From a virus: a stretch of 64,000 bases of DNA. The stretch is taken from the IMG/VR virus record IMGVR_UViG_3300049139_000233, positions 1 to 64,000 of that record; one strand, 5' to 3'. The notes beneath the pieces were generated by a model. The model saw only the letters and a list, made by a program, of their open reading frames with translations, made no database searches and was not told where the DNA came from. The number at the start of each line of letters is the position of its first letter. Position 1 is the first letter of the stretch. Shown in pieces: positions 51,550 to 60,900 of this stretch. Made by a program: the position numbers and the translations under genes.

Positions 51550-52454
51550 GGAGTTTCCTTCCGTAGGTCAGCGGCGATGGCCTGGGCCGCCGGGGTGAAG
51601 TTGCTGATGGTCGTGTCGGCGAGGAACAGACAGGTGCCGCGCGAGGTCCAGCCGGGCGGCGGTGCGACGTCGTGGCGTTGCTGAAGCCATCGCCCGAGCC
51701 GGTGGTACGCGACGGCCGGGGTGCCGCGCATCATCCGGTCCTCGCGGCGGAACTGTTCAGGTGCCTTACCGGTCTTGAGGCCGAAACCGGGACGGCCGAC
51801 AACAGCAGGGTCGGCGCCGTGCGCGCGGATAAGCCGTGCCTGCCGGCGCACCCTCTCCGGATTGCCTGCCGACACCTGAACGATGCGCCCCGCACGGCCG
51901 TCAAAGAGCTTGAACAGGCCGAACTTGGCTCCATGACTCCAGGTGGACGAGTCCACGCTGTAGAACGGCAGCGAGGACATGACCGTGATGTTGGTCTGGC
52001 CGAAGCCGTGGAAGACGGTTCCGTGCGCGGCTCCGATGCGGAAGCAACGCACCAGCCAGCGCATGACCTCGCCGTACATCCGCGTGTACGGCACCATGCC
52101 GCCCAGAGCGACGTACCGGTACTGCGCACACAGCTTCTCCAGCCGCTCCCACGGAGACCCGACGTGGAAGACGGGGAGTACCTTCAGGCCCATGTCCTCC
52201 AGCGCGAGGGTGTTGCGCTGAGTCGCGTCCGGGTCGCCGATGACGTCCAGGGTCGCCGCCGTGGTGACGAGGTGCTGCCAGTCCTTCAGCCAGGCCGCGT
52301 AGTCGGCAAGGCGAATGGTCGAGCCGAGCGTGGCGGCAGAGAAGGCTCCCGAATCGGCGAACACCTCCACGGGGGCTCCGCCGGCGGCGTCCGCGATGGC
52401 CTGGAGATCCTTGCCCCGGCCGTAGTGGAACGACATCAGGAAGCGGAACGTCAC
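51546..52454 (-). CDS. dpdA: DpdA-like DNA-guanine transglycosylase, paralog 1 (302 aa)
   Basis: VFADSGAFS, LGGMVPY and PFYSVDSSTW TGT/DpdA-type motifs. GTG at 52454 in a GTGA overlap with paralog 2. Confidence 0.8.
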   Translation of the reverse strand: MTFRFLMSFHYGRGKDLQAIADAAGGAPVEVFADSGAFSAATLGSTIRLADYAAWLKDWQHLVTTAATLDVIGDPDATQRNTLALEDMGLKVLPVFHVGSPWERLEKLCAQYRYVALGGMVPYTRMYGEVMRWLVRCFRIGAAHGTVFHGFGQTNITVMSSLPFYSVDSSTWSHGAKFGLFKLFDGRAGRIVQVSAGNPERVRRQARLIRAHGADPAVVGRPGFGLKTGKAPEQFRREDRMMRGTPAVAYHRLGRWLQQRHDVAPPPGWTSRGTCLFLADTTISNFTPAAQAIAADLRKETP

Positions 52455-53380
52455 ACCACACCCCCTGGGGCGTTGTCCCGCTCGATCCTCAACGCACGTG
52501 CAGCCTGCTTGAACCGGGCCGGGTTGGCGTCCGCGAGGAAGAGGACCGTCCCCGGGTGCTCCCAGCCGAGGGGCGCGGGTACCTGGTGGCGTTTCGCCAG
52601 CCACTGCCCAAGACGGTAGAAGGCCACGGCCGGAGCCCCGCGCATCATCTGCGTCTCGACTGCGTGCTGCTTTGGAGTCCTGTGGGGGGACTGGGCGAAG
52701 CCCGGCCGGCCGACCAGAGCCGGGTCCGCCCCGTGAGAGCGCATCAGCGTCGCGTACCTGCGCGCCTGCGCCGGGTGGGAGACCTGCACCTGCACGATCC
52801 GGGCCTTGCGCTCGTCCCACAAAGGGAGCTGGCCGAAGCGTGAGCCCGCGCCCCAGGCGGAGGAGTCGACACTGTAGAACGGCAACGCGGCGAGGGTGGC
52901 AACCTTGGTTTGTCCGAACCCGTGGAACACGGTCCCTTGCTCCGCTCCGATGCGGAAGCACCGGATGAGCCACCGCAACACCTCATCGGAGTACTTGGCG
53001 TACGGCACCATGCCGCCAAGCGCGAGATACGGGTACGCCTTGCACAGCCTCTCCAGCTCGGACCAGGGCGAACCGACGTGGAAGGTGGGCAGGACGGTAA
53101 GGCCGGCCGACAGTAGAGCCTCAGTGTTGCGGTGCGTGGCGTCTGGGTCGCCGATGACGTCCAGGGTCGCCGCCGTGGTGATGACCTGGGACCACTCCTC
53201 CAGCCAGGCCGCGTAGTCCTTCAGGTGCACAGTGGCGCCGACGTTGGCGACGGAGAAGGCGCCCGAGTCGGCGAAGACCTCCACCGGTCCGCCGTAGAGC
53301 GCACGCAGCTCCATCACCAGCTCCGCCAGATCGACGTTGCGGAAGAAGGCGTAGGAGAGCAGGCAGCGCAGCGGGGTCAC
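52451..53380 (-). CDS. dpdA: DpdA-like DNA-guanine transglycosylase, paralog 2 (309 aa)
   Basis: VFADSGAFS, LGGMVPY and PFYSVDSSAW. GTG at 53380 in a GTGA overlap with the upstream ParB-like gene. Confidence 0.8.
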   Translation of the reverse strand: MTPLRCLLSYAFFRNVDLAELVMELRALYGGPVEVFADSGAFSVANVGATVHLKDYAAWLEEWSQVITTAATLDVIGDPDATHRNTEALLSAGLTVLPTFHVGSPWSELERLCKAYPYLALGGMVPYAKYSDEVLRWLIRCFRIGAEQGTVFHGFGQTKVATLAALPFYSVDSSAWGAGSRFGQLPLWDERKARIVQVQVSHPAQARRYATLMRSHGADPALVGRPGFAQSPHRTPKQHAVETQMMRGAPAVAFYRLGQWLAKRHQVPAPLGWEHPGTVLFLADANPARFKQAARALRIERDNAPGGVV

Positions 53381-54063
53381 TCGGCCGCCTTCACCCGCTG
53401 CACCAGGAACATGAAGCGCACCGAGTCGTCGGACGGGTCCTCGCAGTCCTTCGTCAGCTCCATGAAGTCGTCCCGGACGGCCGGCGGAACGCGCACCCGG
53501 ATGACGGGCCACAGGTCGGTCTCCTGGGGCTCGCCGTACTCCTCGGCGAGGTCGTCCAAAGACGGAGGGGGTTCGACGGCCGGAGGCAGTGAGGTGAACA
53601 GGTCCGCGTCGGACGGCTCGTACCCGGTGCCCACCAGGTCGTCCTCCAGCGAGGCGAGCAGGGCCGCCAGGGACGCGTCGTCGTAGGTGCCGTCGTCGGC
53701 GGCCTTGTTGTCCACCAGGTTGATGCGCGTGGCGGTCGCGTCGTCGCACTCGATGAGGTGCGCGAGCGCCGTCGGGTCGTCGGCGTCCACGTCCACGCAG
53801 AGCTGGCACGGCCGGTCGTTGGACAGCTCCCAGTCCTGGCACGCCTCGCGGCCGGACTCCTCGTGCCGCAGCAGCGCGAGGTACGTGTGGTTCCCGGCGA
53901 GGATGCTCAGGGTCTCGCCGTGCCGGCGCACCGTGAGCGGCTTGTACTGGCCGTTCGCGCGCAGGGAGTCGAGGATCACGTCCACGTTGCCCCGGCGTGC
54001 GTTGCCCTCGAACGGCGTGAGGTCTTCCAGGGGGACCCGCTCGGTCCCGATGGTCGTGGTCAT
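53377..54063 (-). CDS. ParB/Srx N-terminal-domain protein (DpdB-like candidate)
   Basis: PFEGNARRGNVDVILDSLRANGQYKPLTV..ILAGNHTYLAL. ATG at 54063 lies 7 nt after GGAGGA. Confidence 0.75.
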   Translation of the reverse strand: MTTTIGTERVPLEDLTPFEGNARRGNVDVILDSLRANGQYKPLTVRRHGETLSILAGNHTYLALLRHEESGREACQDWELSNDRPCQLCVDVDADDPTALAHLIECDDATATRINLVDNKAADDGTYDDASLAALLASLEDDLVGTGYEPSDADLFTSLPPAVEPPPSLDDLAEEYGEPQETDLWPVIRVRVPPAVRDDFMELTKDCEDPSDDSVRFMFLVQRVKAAE

Positions 54064-54138
54064 CGTTGCGTCCTCCACCTGGTCGACGGACGCGGCGATG
54101 TTAAGACCGCACAGGGTCATGATCGTTCCGGAGCACGG

Positions 54139-54172
54139 CGAAGCCCCGGGCCGCGAGGGCTCCGGGGCTTCG
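54139..54172 (-). terminator. GC hairpin
   Basis: Stem cgaagccccgg / ccggggcttcg. Confidence 0.55.
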
Positions 54173-54187
54173 TGGTCTGCCGGACAG

Positions 54188-54379
54188 TCAGTCCGGCGGG
54201 GCTTCCGTCACAGTGACGCAGGGCGAGTCGTCGCGGTCGTAGAACGCGTCCTCAATCCAGCCGGCCGCGACGCGGGGCAGCTCGCGGTCTTCGTAGTAGT
54301 ACTCCTCGCGCGCCATCCGTCCGGAGTCCGGACCGTTCCAGACGATGTCCACGACCAGCCGCGTACGCCGCTCAGCCAT
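54188..54379 (-). CDS. hypothetical acidic protein (63 aa)
   Basis: Track ORF. Confidence 0.7.
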   Translation of the reverse strand: MAERRTRLVVDIVWNGPDSGRMAREEYYYEDRELPRVAAGWIEDAFYDRDDSPCVTVTEAPPD

Positions 54380-54758
54380 CGATCCTCAGCTCCTTCATGC
54401 GCTCACGGGAGGTCAGTTCCTTGCAGCCGCACGGCCCGACCCCGGGGACGTGGTCCGGGCACGGATCGCTGTGCCGCAGGTGGCCGCAACCAGGGCACAC
54501 CTGTTCCCCCGCTGACTGAACCGTACGGCCCGGGATGGCCACGCCGCGCATGAACGCGAACAGGTCCCCCTTGCAGCCGGGACACAGCTCCCGGTCCCGC
54601 AGCTCACCGTCCTCGGTCGGCAGGCGGGGCCGGGTCCAGCCGTCCGGCAGCTCGGGCCGCGCCGTCGGGATACCGGGGCCGGTGAGTCCGGCGAACAGCA
54701 TCACGCTGCCGGTCTGCTCCTGGAATCCGCAGCGGTCGCACTCCAAGTGGACGCTCAC
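54372..54758 (-). CDS. Cys-rich zinc-finger protein (128 aa)
   Basis: GTG at 54758 preceded by gaggtggtctgaa. CDRCG, CPGCKG, CPGCGH, CGC. Confidence 0.7.
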   Translation of the reverse strand: MSVHLECDRCGFQEQTGSVMLFAGLTGPGIPTARPELPDGWTRPRLPTEDGELRDRELCPGCKGDLFAFMRGVAIPGRTVQSAGEQVCPGCGHLRHSDPCPDHVPGVGPCGCKELTSRERMKELRIDG

Positions 54759-54759
54759 T

Positions 54760-55059
54760 TCAGACCACCTCGCCGTTGACCGTGGGTTCCGGAGCGTGGT
54801 CTCCCTCGCACCGGGTGCCGCACTTCTGGCACTCGGCGGCCACTTCCTCACAGGCCGCGACGATGACGTGCGCCGGGACAGCAGTGTCGAACTTAAGGGT
54901 GTAGGCCTCTCCCGGGGCCGTAACCCGAGAGTCGGTCATCGTGACGGACCACCGCGCGCCGTTCTTGTGCCAGGCCAGATAGTCGCCGTCCGGAGTCCAG
55001 CCGTGGAACTCCTCCAGCTCCTCCGACACGTCCTCACGGGCACTCCAGTCACCGCTCAC
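54760..55059 (-). CDS. hypothetical protein (99 aa)
   Basis: Track ORF. Confidence 0.75.
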   Translation of the reverse strand: MSGDWSAREDVSEELEEFHGWTPDGDYLAWHKNGARWSVTMTDSRVTAPGEAYTLKFDTAVPAHVIVAACEEVAAECQKCGTRCEGDHAPEPTVNGEVV

Positions 55060-55670
55060 GCTTCAGCCCTCGTTTCCTTGATCCTCCGGCCGGCCGCGTG
55101 GTCGGCGTCGCGCCGGGCGTGCTCCGAGCCGTCGTAGTCGACGCGCAGGCCGTCGTCGCCGACCGTGGTCCGGCTGCCGAGGCACAGGGCGACGTCGTCC
55201 GGCGTCAGCCGGGTGCGGGTGACGGACGTGATCTCCAGCGCCTTGGCCACCTCGTCGCCATACAGCACGACGAACTTACCGCCACGATTCATCGCCTTGT
55301 CGTAGTACGCGGCCGGCTTGCGCCCCAGCGCCCTCTCCAGCCGCTCGCGCGCCCGGTGCGAGTTGACCGCCAGGACGGTGCCTTTCGGCTCCACCATGAG
55401 GACATGCGCCCGCTCGGGGATCTCCTGCGTCTCCACGCGACCGTCGTGGCCCCGACAGGTGATGACGTCGCCGTCCCGGGCCGTCACGGTCCACGCGGTG
55501 CCGCCGGGCGGCTCGCACCCCATGAGGGGCCGCACCTGGCCGTCCCGGCCCACGGTGTACGCCGTGAACGCCCCGAGGCCCGACACGAACACGTCCCCGA
55601 CGGCCAAGTCCCGGGCGGGCCGGTCGCGCAGGTCGCTCCAGTCGTAGCCGTGTCCCCCGGTCTCGCTCAT
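55056..55670 (-). CDS. hypothetical protein (204 aa)
   Basis: Internal ATG of track ORF 55056..55988, preceded by caaggaagcgaggaacgaggaa. Confidence 0.8.
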   Translation of the reverse strand: MSETGGHGYDWSDLRDRPARDLAVGDVFVSGLGAFTAYTVGRDGQVRPLMGCEPPGGTAWTVTARDGDVITCRGHDGRVETQEIPERAHVLMVEPKGTVLAVNSHRARERLERALGRKPAAYYDKAMNRGGKFVVLYGDEVAKALEITSVTRTRLTPDDVALCLGSRTTVGDDGLRVDYDGSEHARRDADHAAGRRIKETRAEA

Positions 55671-55900
55671 TCCTCGTTCCTCGCTTCCTTGGTCGTGGCG
55701 CAGGGGCACAGGCCCCAGCGCGTCTCGCGCACCGTCCACCGCTTGTCCCCGCACCGCCAGCAGGCGGGCAGTCCGCGCACCGTGCGGCACGGACCGCAGA
55801 ACGCCCGTGCCTGGTCCAGGGCCGCACAAGATACGCAGGTGGTCGGTAGGGGTGCGATGCGTGTGTGCGCCAGTCGTCGCCCGCCGATGATTGCGCTCAC
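55667..55900 (-). CDS. Cys-rich small protein (77 aa)
   Basis: GTG at 55900 preceded by caaggaagcgagggccggggc. CVSC..CGPC..CWRCG..CPC. Confidence 0.65.
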   Translation of the reverse strand: MSAIIGGRRLAHTRIAPLPTTCVSCAALDQARAFCGPCRTVRGLPACWRCGDKRWTVRETRWGLCPCATTKEARNEE

Positions 55901-56262
55901 GCCCCGGCCCTCGCTTCCTTGATCGGCAGTTGCAGGGGCGGCCGGGTGCAGTGCTCCCACCGCGCCGGTGCGCACCTGGCCTTCCCACGGTCCAGGGGCC
56001 AGGGCTTCGCCTCCCGGCCGCACCGGCCGCAGACGTACAGCCACGTCCCGTCCTCGTTCAGGTGCGCGTGGCGGCCGGCGTCCCGGTTGGCGCGCAGCCG
56101 CCGGGCGACCTCGAACCGGGCGCCCGAGGCGCGGCACTCCAGGCGCCGCGCGCTGGCAAGGGCCGTCTGGTTGCCCTTGTGCCGGTACAGCTTGCCCGTG
56201 GTGGTGAAGGAGACGGGATTGCCGCACAGGGGGCACGTCCCGCCGTGGCTGGCGTATCCCAT
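55897..56262 (-). CDS. zinc-finger protein (121 aa)
   Basis: Track ORF. CPLCG ... CGRCG. Confidence 0.7.
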   Translation of the reverse strand: MGYASHGGTCPLCGNPVSFTTTGKLYRHKGNQTALASARRLECRASGARFEVARRLRANRDAGRHAHLNEDGTWLYVCGRCGREAKPWPLDRGKARCAPARWEHCTRPPLQLPIKEARAGA

Positions 56263-56265
56263 CGC

Positions 56266-56925
56266 TCAGCCCTCCACCGGGTTGGCCGCGATGACGGCGC
56301 GGATCGCCTTGAGCGACGGGGTGTCGTGCGGGGACCGGCGGTCCGGCGTGACGGACAGGCCGAACGAGGTCCGACGGGCGACGCCCGGGGCGACGAAGTA
56401 CGACAGGTCGTACTGCCAGCGGCGTCCCTCGTCGGCCGCCCGGCTCACCCGGACGTTCAGGACGAACCCGTCCTCACGCGGCACCCACGCCTGCTGCGCG
56501 GTCCAGCCGTTGGCCTCGGCGAGCGTGAACAGTTCCGCGACCGGCTTCGGCAGGGCGTATCCGTCCGGAGCCGTGTTCACGACGCCGGCCTTCAGCCGTC
56601 GCAGCGTGACGTCCTGGACGTGCTGCTCGGCCGGGGTCAGGGCGTTGTCGCGCTCCAGCGCGGCGGCCAGGGTGACGGTCCGGTCCGTGTAGCGGCAGGT
56701 CCACCCGGTGCCGAAGGCGTCCTGGATCACTGGGTGCCTCTTGCCGTCCAGGCCCCAGGTCGACTTCGGCTCGTGCGTGCCGAGGCGGCCGTCCCGGACC
56801 GGAGCCGTACTGCCGCACGGGCACAGGGCCTCCACGCGACGGATCAGGTCGTACCACGTGTTCGGGACCAGGATCTCCGGGTCGTATGTCTCCCCGGCTG
56901 ACAGGGTCTCCAGCAACGTCGTCAT
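56266..56925 (-). CDS. hypothetical protein (219 aa)
   Basis: Internal ATG of track ORF 56266..57288, preceded by ccaaggaactgaggaaggcatc. Confidence 0.8.
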   Translation of the reverse strand: MTTLLETLSAGETYDPEILVPNTWYDLIRRVEALCPCGSTAPVRDGRLGTHEPKSTWGLDGKRHPVIQDAFGTGWTCRYTDRTVTLAAALERDNALTPAEQHVQDVTLRRLKAGVVNTAPDGYALPKPVAELFTLAEANGWTAQQAWVPREDGFVLNVRVSRAADEGRRWQYDLSYFVAPGVARRTSFGLSVTPDRRSPHDTPSLKAIRAVIAANPVEG

Positions 56926-57146
56926 GATGCCTTCCTCAGTTCCTTGGTCTCGATGGCCTGGAGTATCGCCGCGTAGTCGTCGGCGCGCTGCTGCACGTCG
57001 CGTATCTGCCGGCCCAGTGCGAGGAACCGGGGACTGGTGGCCACGCACCCGCGCTGGGCCGCGCGCAGCGTCTCGGCCTTGTCGGTGAGCTGTGCGTGCT
57101 TCAGCCGCAGCTCGCTCAACGTCTTGGGGCTCAGGGTCTTCACCAT
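56922..57146 (-). CDS. hypothetical coiled-coil protein (74 aa)
   Basis: Internal ATG of track ORF 56922..57197. Shares 1 nt with the upstream stop. Confidence 0.65.
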   Translation of the reverse strand: MVKTLSPKTLSELRLKHAQLTDKAETLRAAQRGCVATSPRFLALGRQIRDVQQRADDYAAILQAIETKELRKAS

Positions 57147-57670
57147 CAGCCGGCCTCGCTCTCCGGGATCGGTTTGACGTGGGTGAGGGCGATGCACGCA
57201 CCGTGCCCGGTGACCCAGACGACTGCGGTGTGTCCGCCGAGGACGGACGCCGCGCTGCGGGTGCGTCCCTTCTGCCCGGCGCCCTCACGCACCCCGGTCC
57301 AGTAGCGCACCGCCCGGCCCTCCGGATACGTCAGGTTCCACGCGGCGACGTGTTCCGCCGGCGTCGGGCCGTCGTTGGCGACGCGGGTACCGTTGCGCAG
57401 GGCCGCGTCCAGGGACGCAAACTCTTTGCGGTACAGGTGGTGTCCGTCGTGGGTGTAGCCGTTCACCTGGTAGCGGGCGCCGTCGTCGCTGTAGTCGAGT
57501 ACGGCCTGGCCGTACGTTCCGACGACCTTCGGATGTGCGTCCCCCGCCCCACCGGGCCGCCAGTCGTGGCCAGCCTTGTCGGTGTACTGCCGGCGGTCGA
57601 TGGTCTTCCGGGCCCGCTCGATGCGGTCGATGCCGTTGGCGAGGGCGCCCAGATCGTAGGTGTCCTGCAT
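57146..57670 (-). CDS. hypothetical protein (174 aa)
   Basis: Internal ATG of track ORF 57146..57715, preceded by accaaggaaggcaggacc. Confidence 0.8.
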   Translation of the reverse strand: MQDTYDLGALANGIDRIERARKTIDRRQYTDKAGHDWRPGGAGDAHPKVVGTYGQAVLDYSDDGARYQVNGYTHDGHHLYRKEFASLDAALRNGTRVANDGPTPAEHVAAWNLTYPEGRAVRYWTGVREGAGQKGRTRSAASVLGGHTAVVWVTGHGACIALTHVKPIPESEAG

Positions 57671-57715
57671 GGTCCTGCCTTCCTTGGTCGTGGCCGGTCC
57701 GCAGACCCAGGCCAT

Positions 57716-57733
57716 TCGATTTAATTAAACCAT
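57716..57733 (-). promoter_or_regulatory. AT-rich palindrome, copy 11
   Basis: Sequence tcgatttaattaaaccat, 46 nt upstream of the start at 57670, just after the hairpin 57740..57778. Confidence 0.55.
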
Positions 57734-57739
57734 GGCAGG

Positions 57740-57778
57740 GGTGCGGGGACAACCCTCTTACGGAGTCGCCCCCGCACC
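57740..57778 (-). terminator. GC hairpin
   Basis: Stem ggtgcgggg / ccccgcacc after the stop at 57782. Confidence 0.5.
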
Positions 57779-57781
57779 AAC

Positions 57782-57988
57782 TCACGGGTGGGCGGCCAGG
57801 CGCAGCCGTTCCCCGCCCTCCGCCCGCAGGACGGCTATGGCCAGGGCCTCATCGACGGCCAGGCCGGACGCCTCACACAACCGCCACCCGCCCGGACCGT
57901 GCCCCGGGACGTACCCCCGGAGCGAGTCGGCCGTCCGGCGCGTGTCCACCAGGTCCCCGCACAGCGGGCACTCGATCGCGTCGTTCAT
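57782..57988 (-). CDS. small zinc-ribbon protein (68 aa)
   Basis: Internal ATG of track ORF 57782..58363, preceded by gaaggactgacggcc. CPLCG. Confidence 0.65.
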   Translation of the reverse strand: MNDAIECPLCGDLVDTRRTADSLRGYVPGHGPGGWRLCEASGLAVDEALAIAVLRAEGGERLRLAAHP

Positions 57989-57993
57989 GGCCG

Positions 57994-60900
57994 TCAGTCC
58001 TTCGCGTAGCAGTCGGCCCACGACCGGGCGGCCTTGGAGGCGCCGGCGGTGATGGGAACGCCTTTGAATTCGAACGTGAACGCCTCCAGCACGGCCTCCC
58101 GGACGCCGTCGACCAGGTGCTCGGGGACGCACAGCACGACCTCGTCGTGCACGACGCAGCGCAGCCACTCCAGGGCCTCGGGCAGCATGTCCGTCAGCCT
58201 CAACAGGCCTTCGCACATGATGTCGCGGGCGCCGCCCTGGCCCATGAGCGCCGGGGCCTGCGTCCAGGCGCGGTCCGGGTTGGCACGCATGAGACGGCCG
58301 AAGCCGTTGTCCAGCAGCTCGCCGGCCGCTGCCCGGTCGCGCACCTCCTGGCGCCAGGCGCACAGCCCGGGGTACTGCGCGTTCATCTGGTCATCGAACT
58401 TCTGCGCCAGCTCCAGCTCCACGCCCGAGTTGGCGATGCCCTTGACGGACATGCCGTAGTTCCAGCCGTGGCCGATGCGCTTGGTGTAGTCGCGCCACTC
58501 GCAGGTGTGCTTCGGCCCGATGCACTCACACCGGGAGCGGCCGAACACAGCGTCGGTGACCATGCTGTGCGCGTCGACCCCGGGCGCGAAGTTCTGCATG
58601 TACGCCGGGTCCTGGCAGTGGCCGGCGATGGCGCGCATGTCGACCTGGTCCATGTCGAAGCAGATCAACAGGTGGCCGTCGTCGGCGATGAGCGGGCGCC
58701 GCTGGTGCACCTTCCCGCCGCGCTTGCCGATGTTGGTCACCGACGGGCGTACGTAGGCCCACCGGCCGGACCCCTGAAGGTCGCCGACCTGCGGGTGGAC
58801 CCGGTCGCCGATCAGGTGGTCCATGATCTCCTGATACTTCTGCACCGAGGACGTCACGGTGACGATGTGGCCGCACATCTCGCGCAGCGCGTCCACGTCG
58901 GCGCCACGCTCGGCGAACACCCTCAGCACGTTCGGGTTGAGCATGGCGGGTACCTGCCGGGCGCCGGCGCCCTTGCCGAGCATGTAGGACGCCTCGCCCA
59001 GCGCGTCCTTGTTCAGCGCGATGTCCCCGGACGGCGTCTTGGGGTAGTGCTGCACACCGCGCTCGGCGAGGGCCCTGATGACCGCCTCCTTGCCCACGGT
59101 GGTGGACAGCGGAGACTTGACGGGCACCTCGGTGAACACCCGGTTCTTGCCCCGGCCCTTGCCCTCGGTCTTGGTCAGCGGGATGCCGCAGTTGTCGTGC
59201 AGCCACTCCAGCGACGCCTGCCGCTTAGCGGCCTCCTCCTCGACCATCTCGCGCAGCACGGGGACGTCGACCTTCCAGCCGGTCAGGGTCGGCCGGTGCT
59301 GGATGTGGGCCACGCGCATCTCGCGCCGCACGTAGTCCGACGGCTCGCCCAGGGCGCGCCGCACGCCCCGGGTGGCCTGGAGGTCGCCGCTGAAGTAGGT
59401 GCTCAGCTCGTTGACCGGGATGCGCCCGTATCCGAGGTCGGTGCGCTCCTCCTTGGTCAGCGACTTGCCGCCAGCCTCGGCCGGGCCGTACTTGAAGGCG
59501 AGCGCGGCCAGGTCGTCCGTCTTGCCGTTGACCCCGTACCGCAGAGCCGTCTTGTCCAGGCCGTAATAGCCCTTCTCGGCCCACGGCTTCTCGTGCGCGG
59601 CGCCGGGCGGGTTGATGGTCTGCTCCCAGCGCAGGGTGTCCACCGCCTTGGCAGCCAGCTTGTCGTAGTCGGCGCCGTGGTGGATGGCGAGGGCCATCAG
59701 GTCGAACCCGAGCAGGTTGTGACCGTACAGCTCGTCGGCGTCCTCCAGTCGCTTGATCAGCTCGTCCACGGAGTTGACGACGACCTCGGTGCCGTCCTCG
59801 GTGACGTAGCCGGCCAGCCGGACGTACGGGTCGCCGCCGAGATCCTTGTGCGTGAACAAGTGCTTGGCGGAGTGGGTCTCCAGGTCGAACCCGACGCAGC
59901 CCCCGGCGCGCGGGACGGCCTCGGCCTCGGGCGGCGGGGACGGGGCGGGGACGGTGGCCACGGGCGCGCTCACGGGTTCCGCTTCCGCGAACGGATCACC
60001 GTTGAACGGGTCCGCATCGGGGGCGGCCCCGGACCGTGTACCGCCTGTACCGTCTCCTCCGTATGACCCTATAGGAGAGCCATTTTCTGTGTTATACCCC
60101 GAAGGCGGTACAGGGGGTACACCGTTGTCGCCACCCTCGTTGACCTCGTCGTTTTCGTACGGGTCCTGGAAGCGCACACCCAGCCAGGCGTAGTAGTTGA
60201 CGCCCGTCGTGCTGCCCGGGGACAGCGTTGACCGCCCGTCCCGCGCCCGGATCTTCTTCCGCGTGACGCCGTTCCGCGAGCACTCGTCGTGGCTTCCGAA
60301 TCGGCTGACGAACGTGCGGTCCGTCCACTCCCGGTGGCCCTTGTCCTCCAGGTACTTGTTGAAGACCTCGTGCAGCTCCTTGGCGAGGATGTGGCTGTTC
60401 CAGTCGAACGTCAGGACGTCTCCGATGAACGACAGCACCAGGTCCGACTCGCGGCGCCAGTCCAGCGTGTCGTCCTCCACCCGCTTCGGCGGCGGCGGCA
60501 TGATCTGCCCGGCCGCGTACCACCGGCGCGCCCCGGCCACGGCCCACGCCAGGACGGCCTCGGGCACCCTCTCGTCCGTTGCGAGGCGCTGCCGCAGCGT
60601 CCCGTCACCCGGCTTGTCGTTCGGGCCCGTGCACGGCTCTCCCGGCTTCCTGAACGTGTACGGGAAGGACAGCAGGGCGAGGCGCCGCCACGTGCCGTGG
60701 TCGGTCTCGTCCACCAGCGGCCGGTGGTTGGTGTTGATGACCAGCGTGTGCGACGTCGTGAACGTCACCGGGTCCTGCCGCATCCGGCGCGCCTTGATGG
60801 CCTTCGTGCCGGCGAGCTGTTTGGCGCGGTTGACGTCCAGCCGCTTGGCCTCCGGGGTCTCCTCCAGCACCGCGAGGCGGGCCCCCATGAAGTCCATCAT

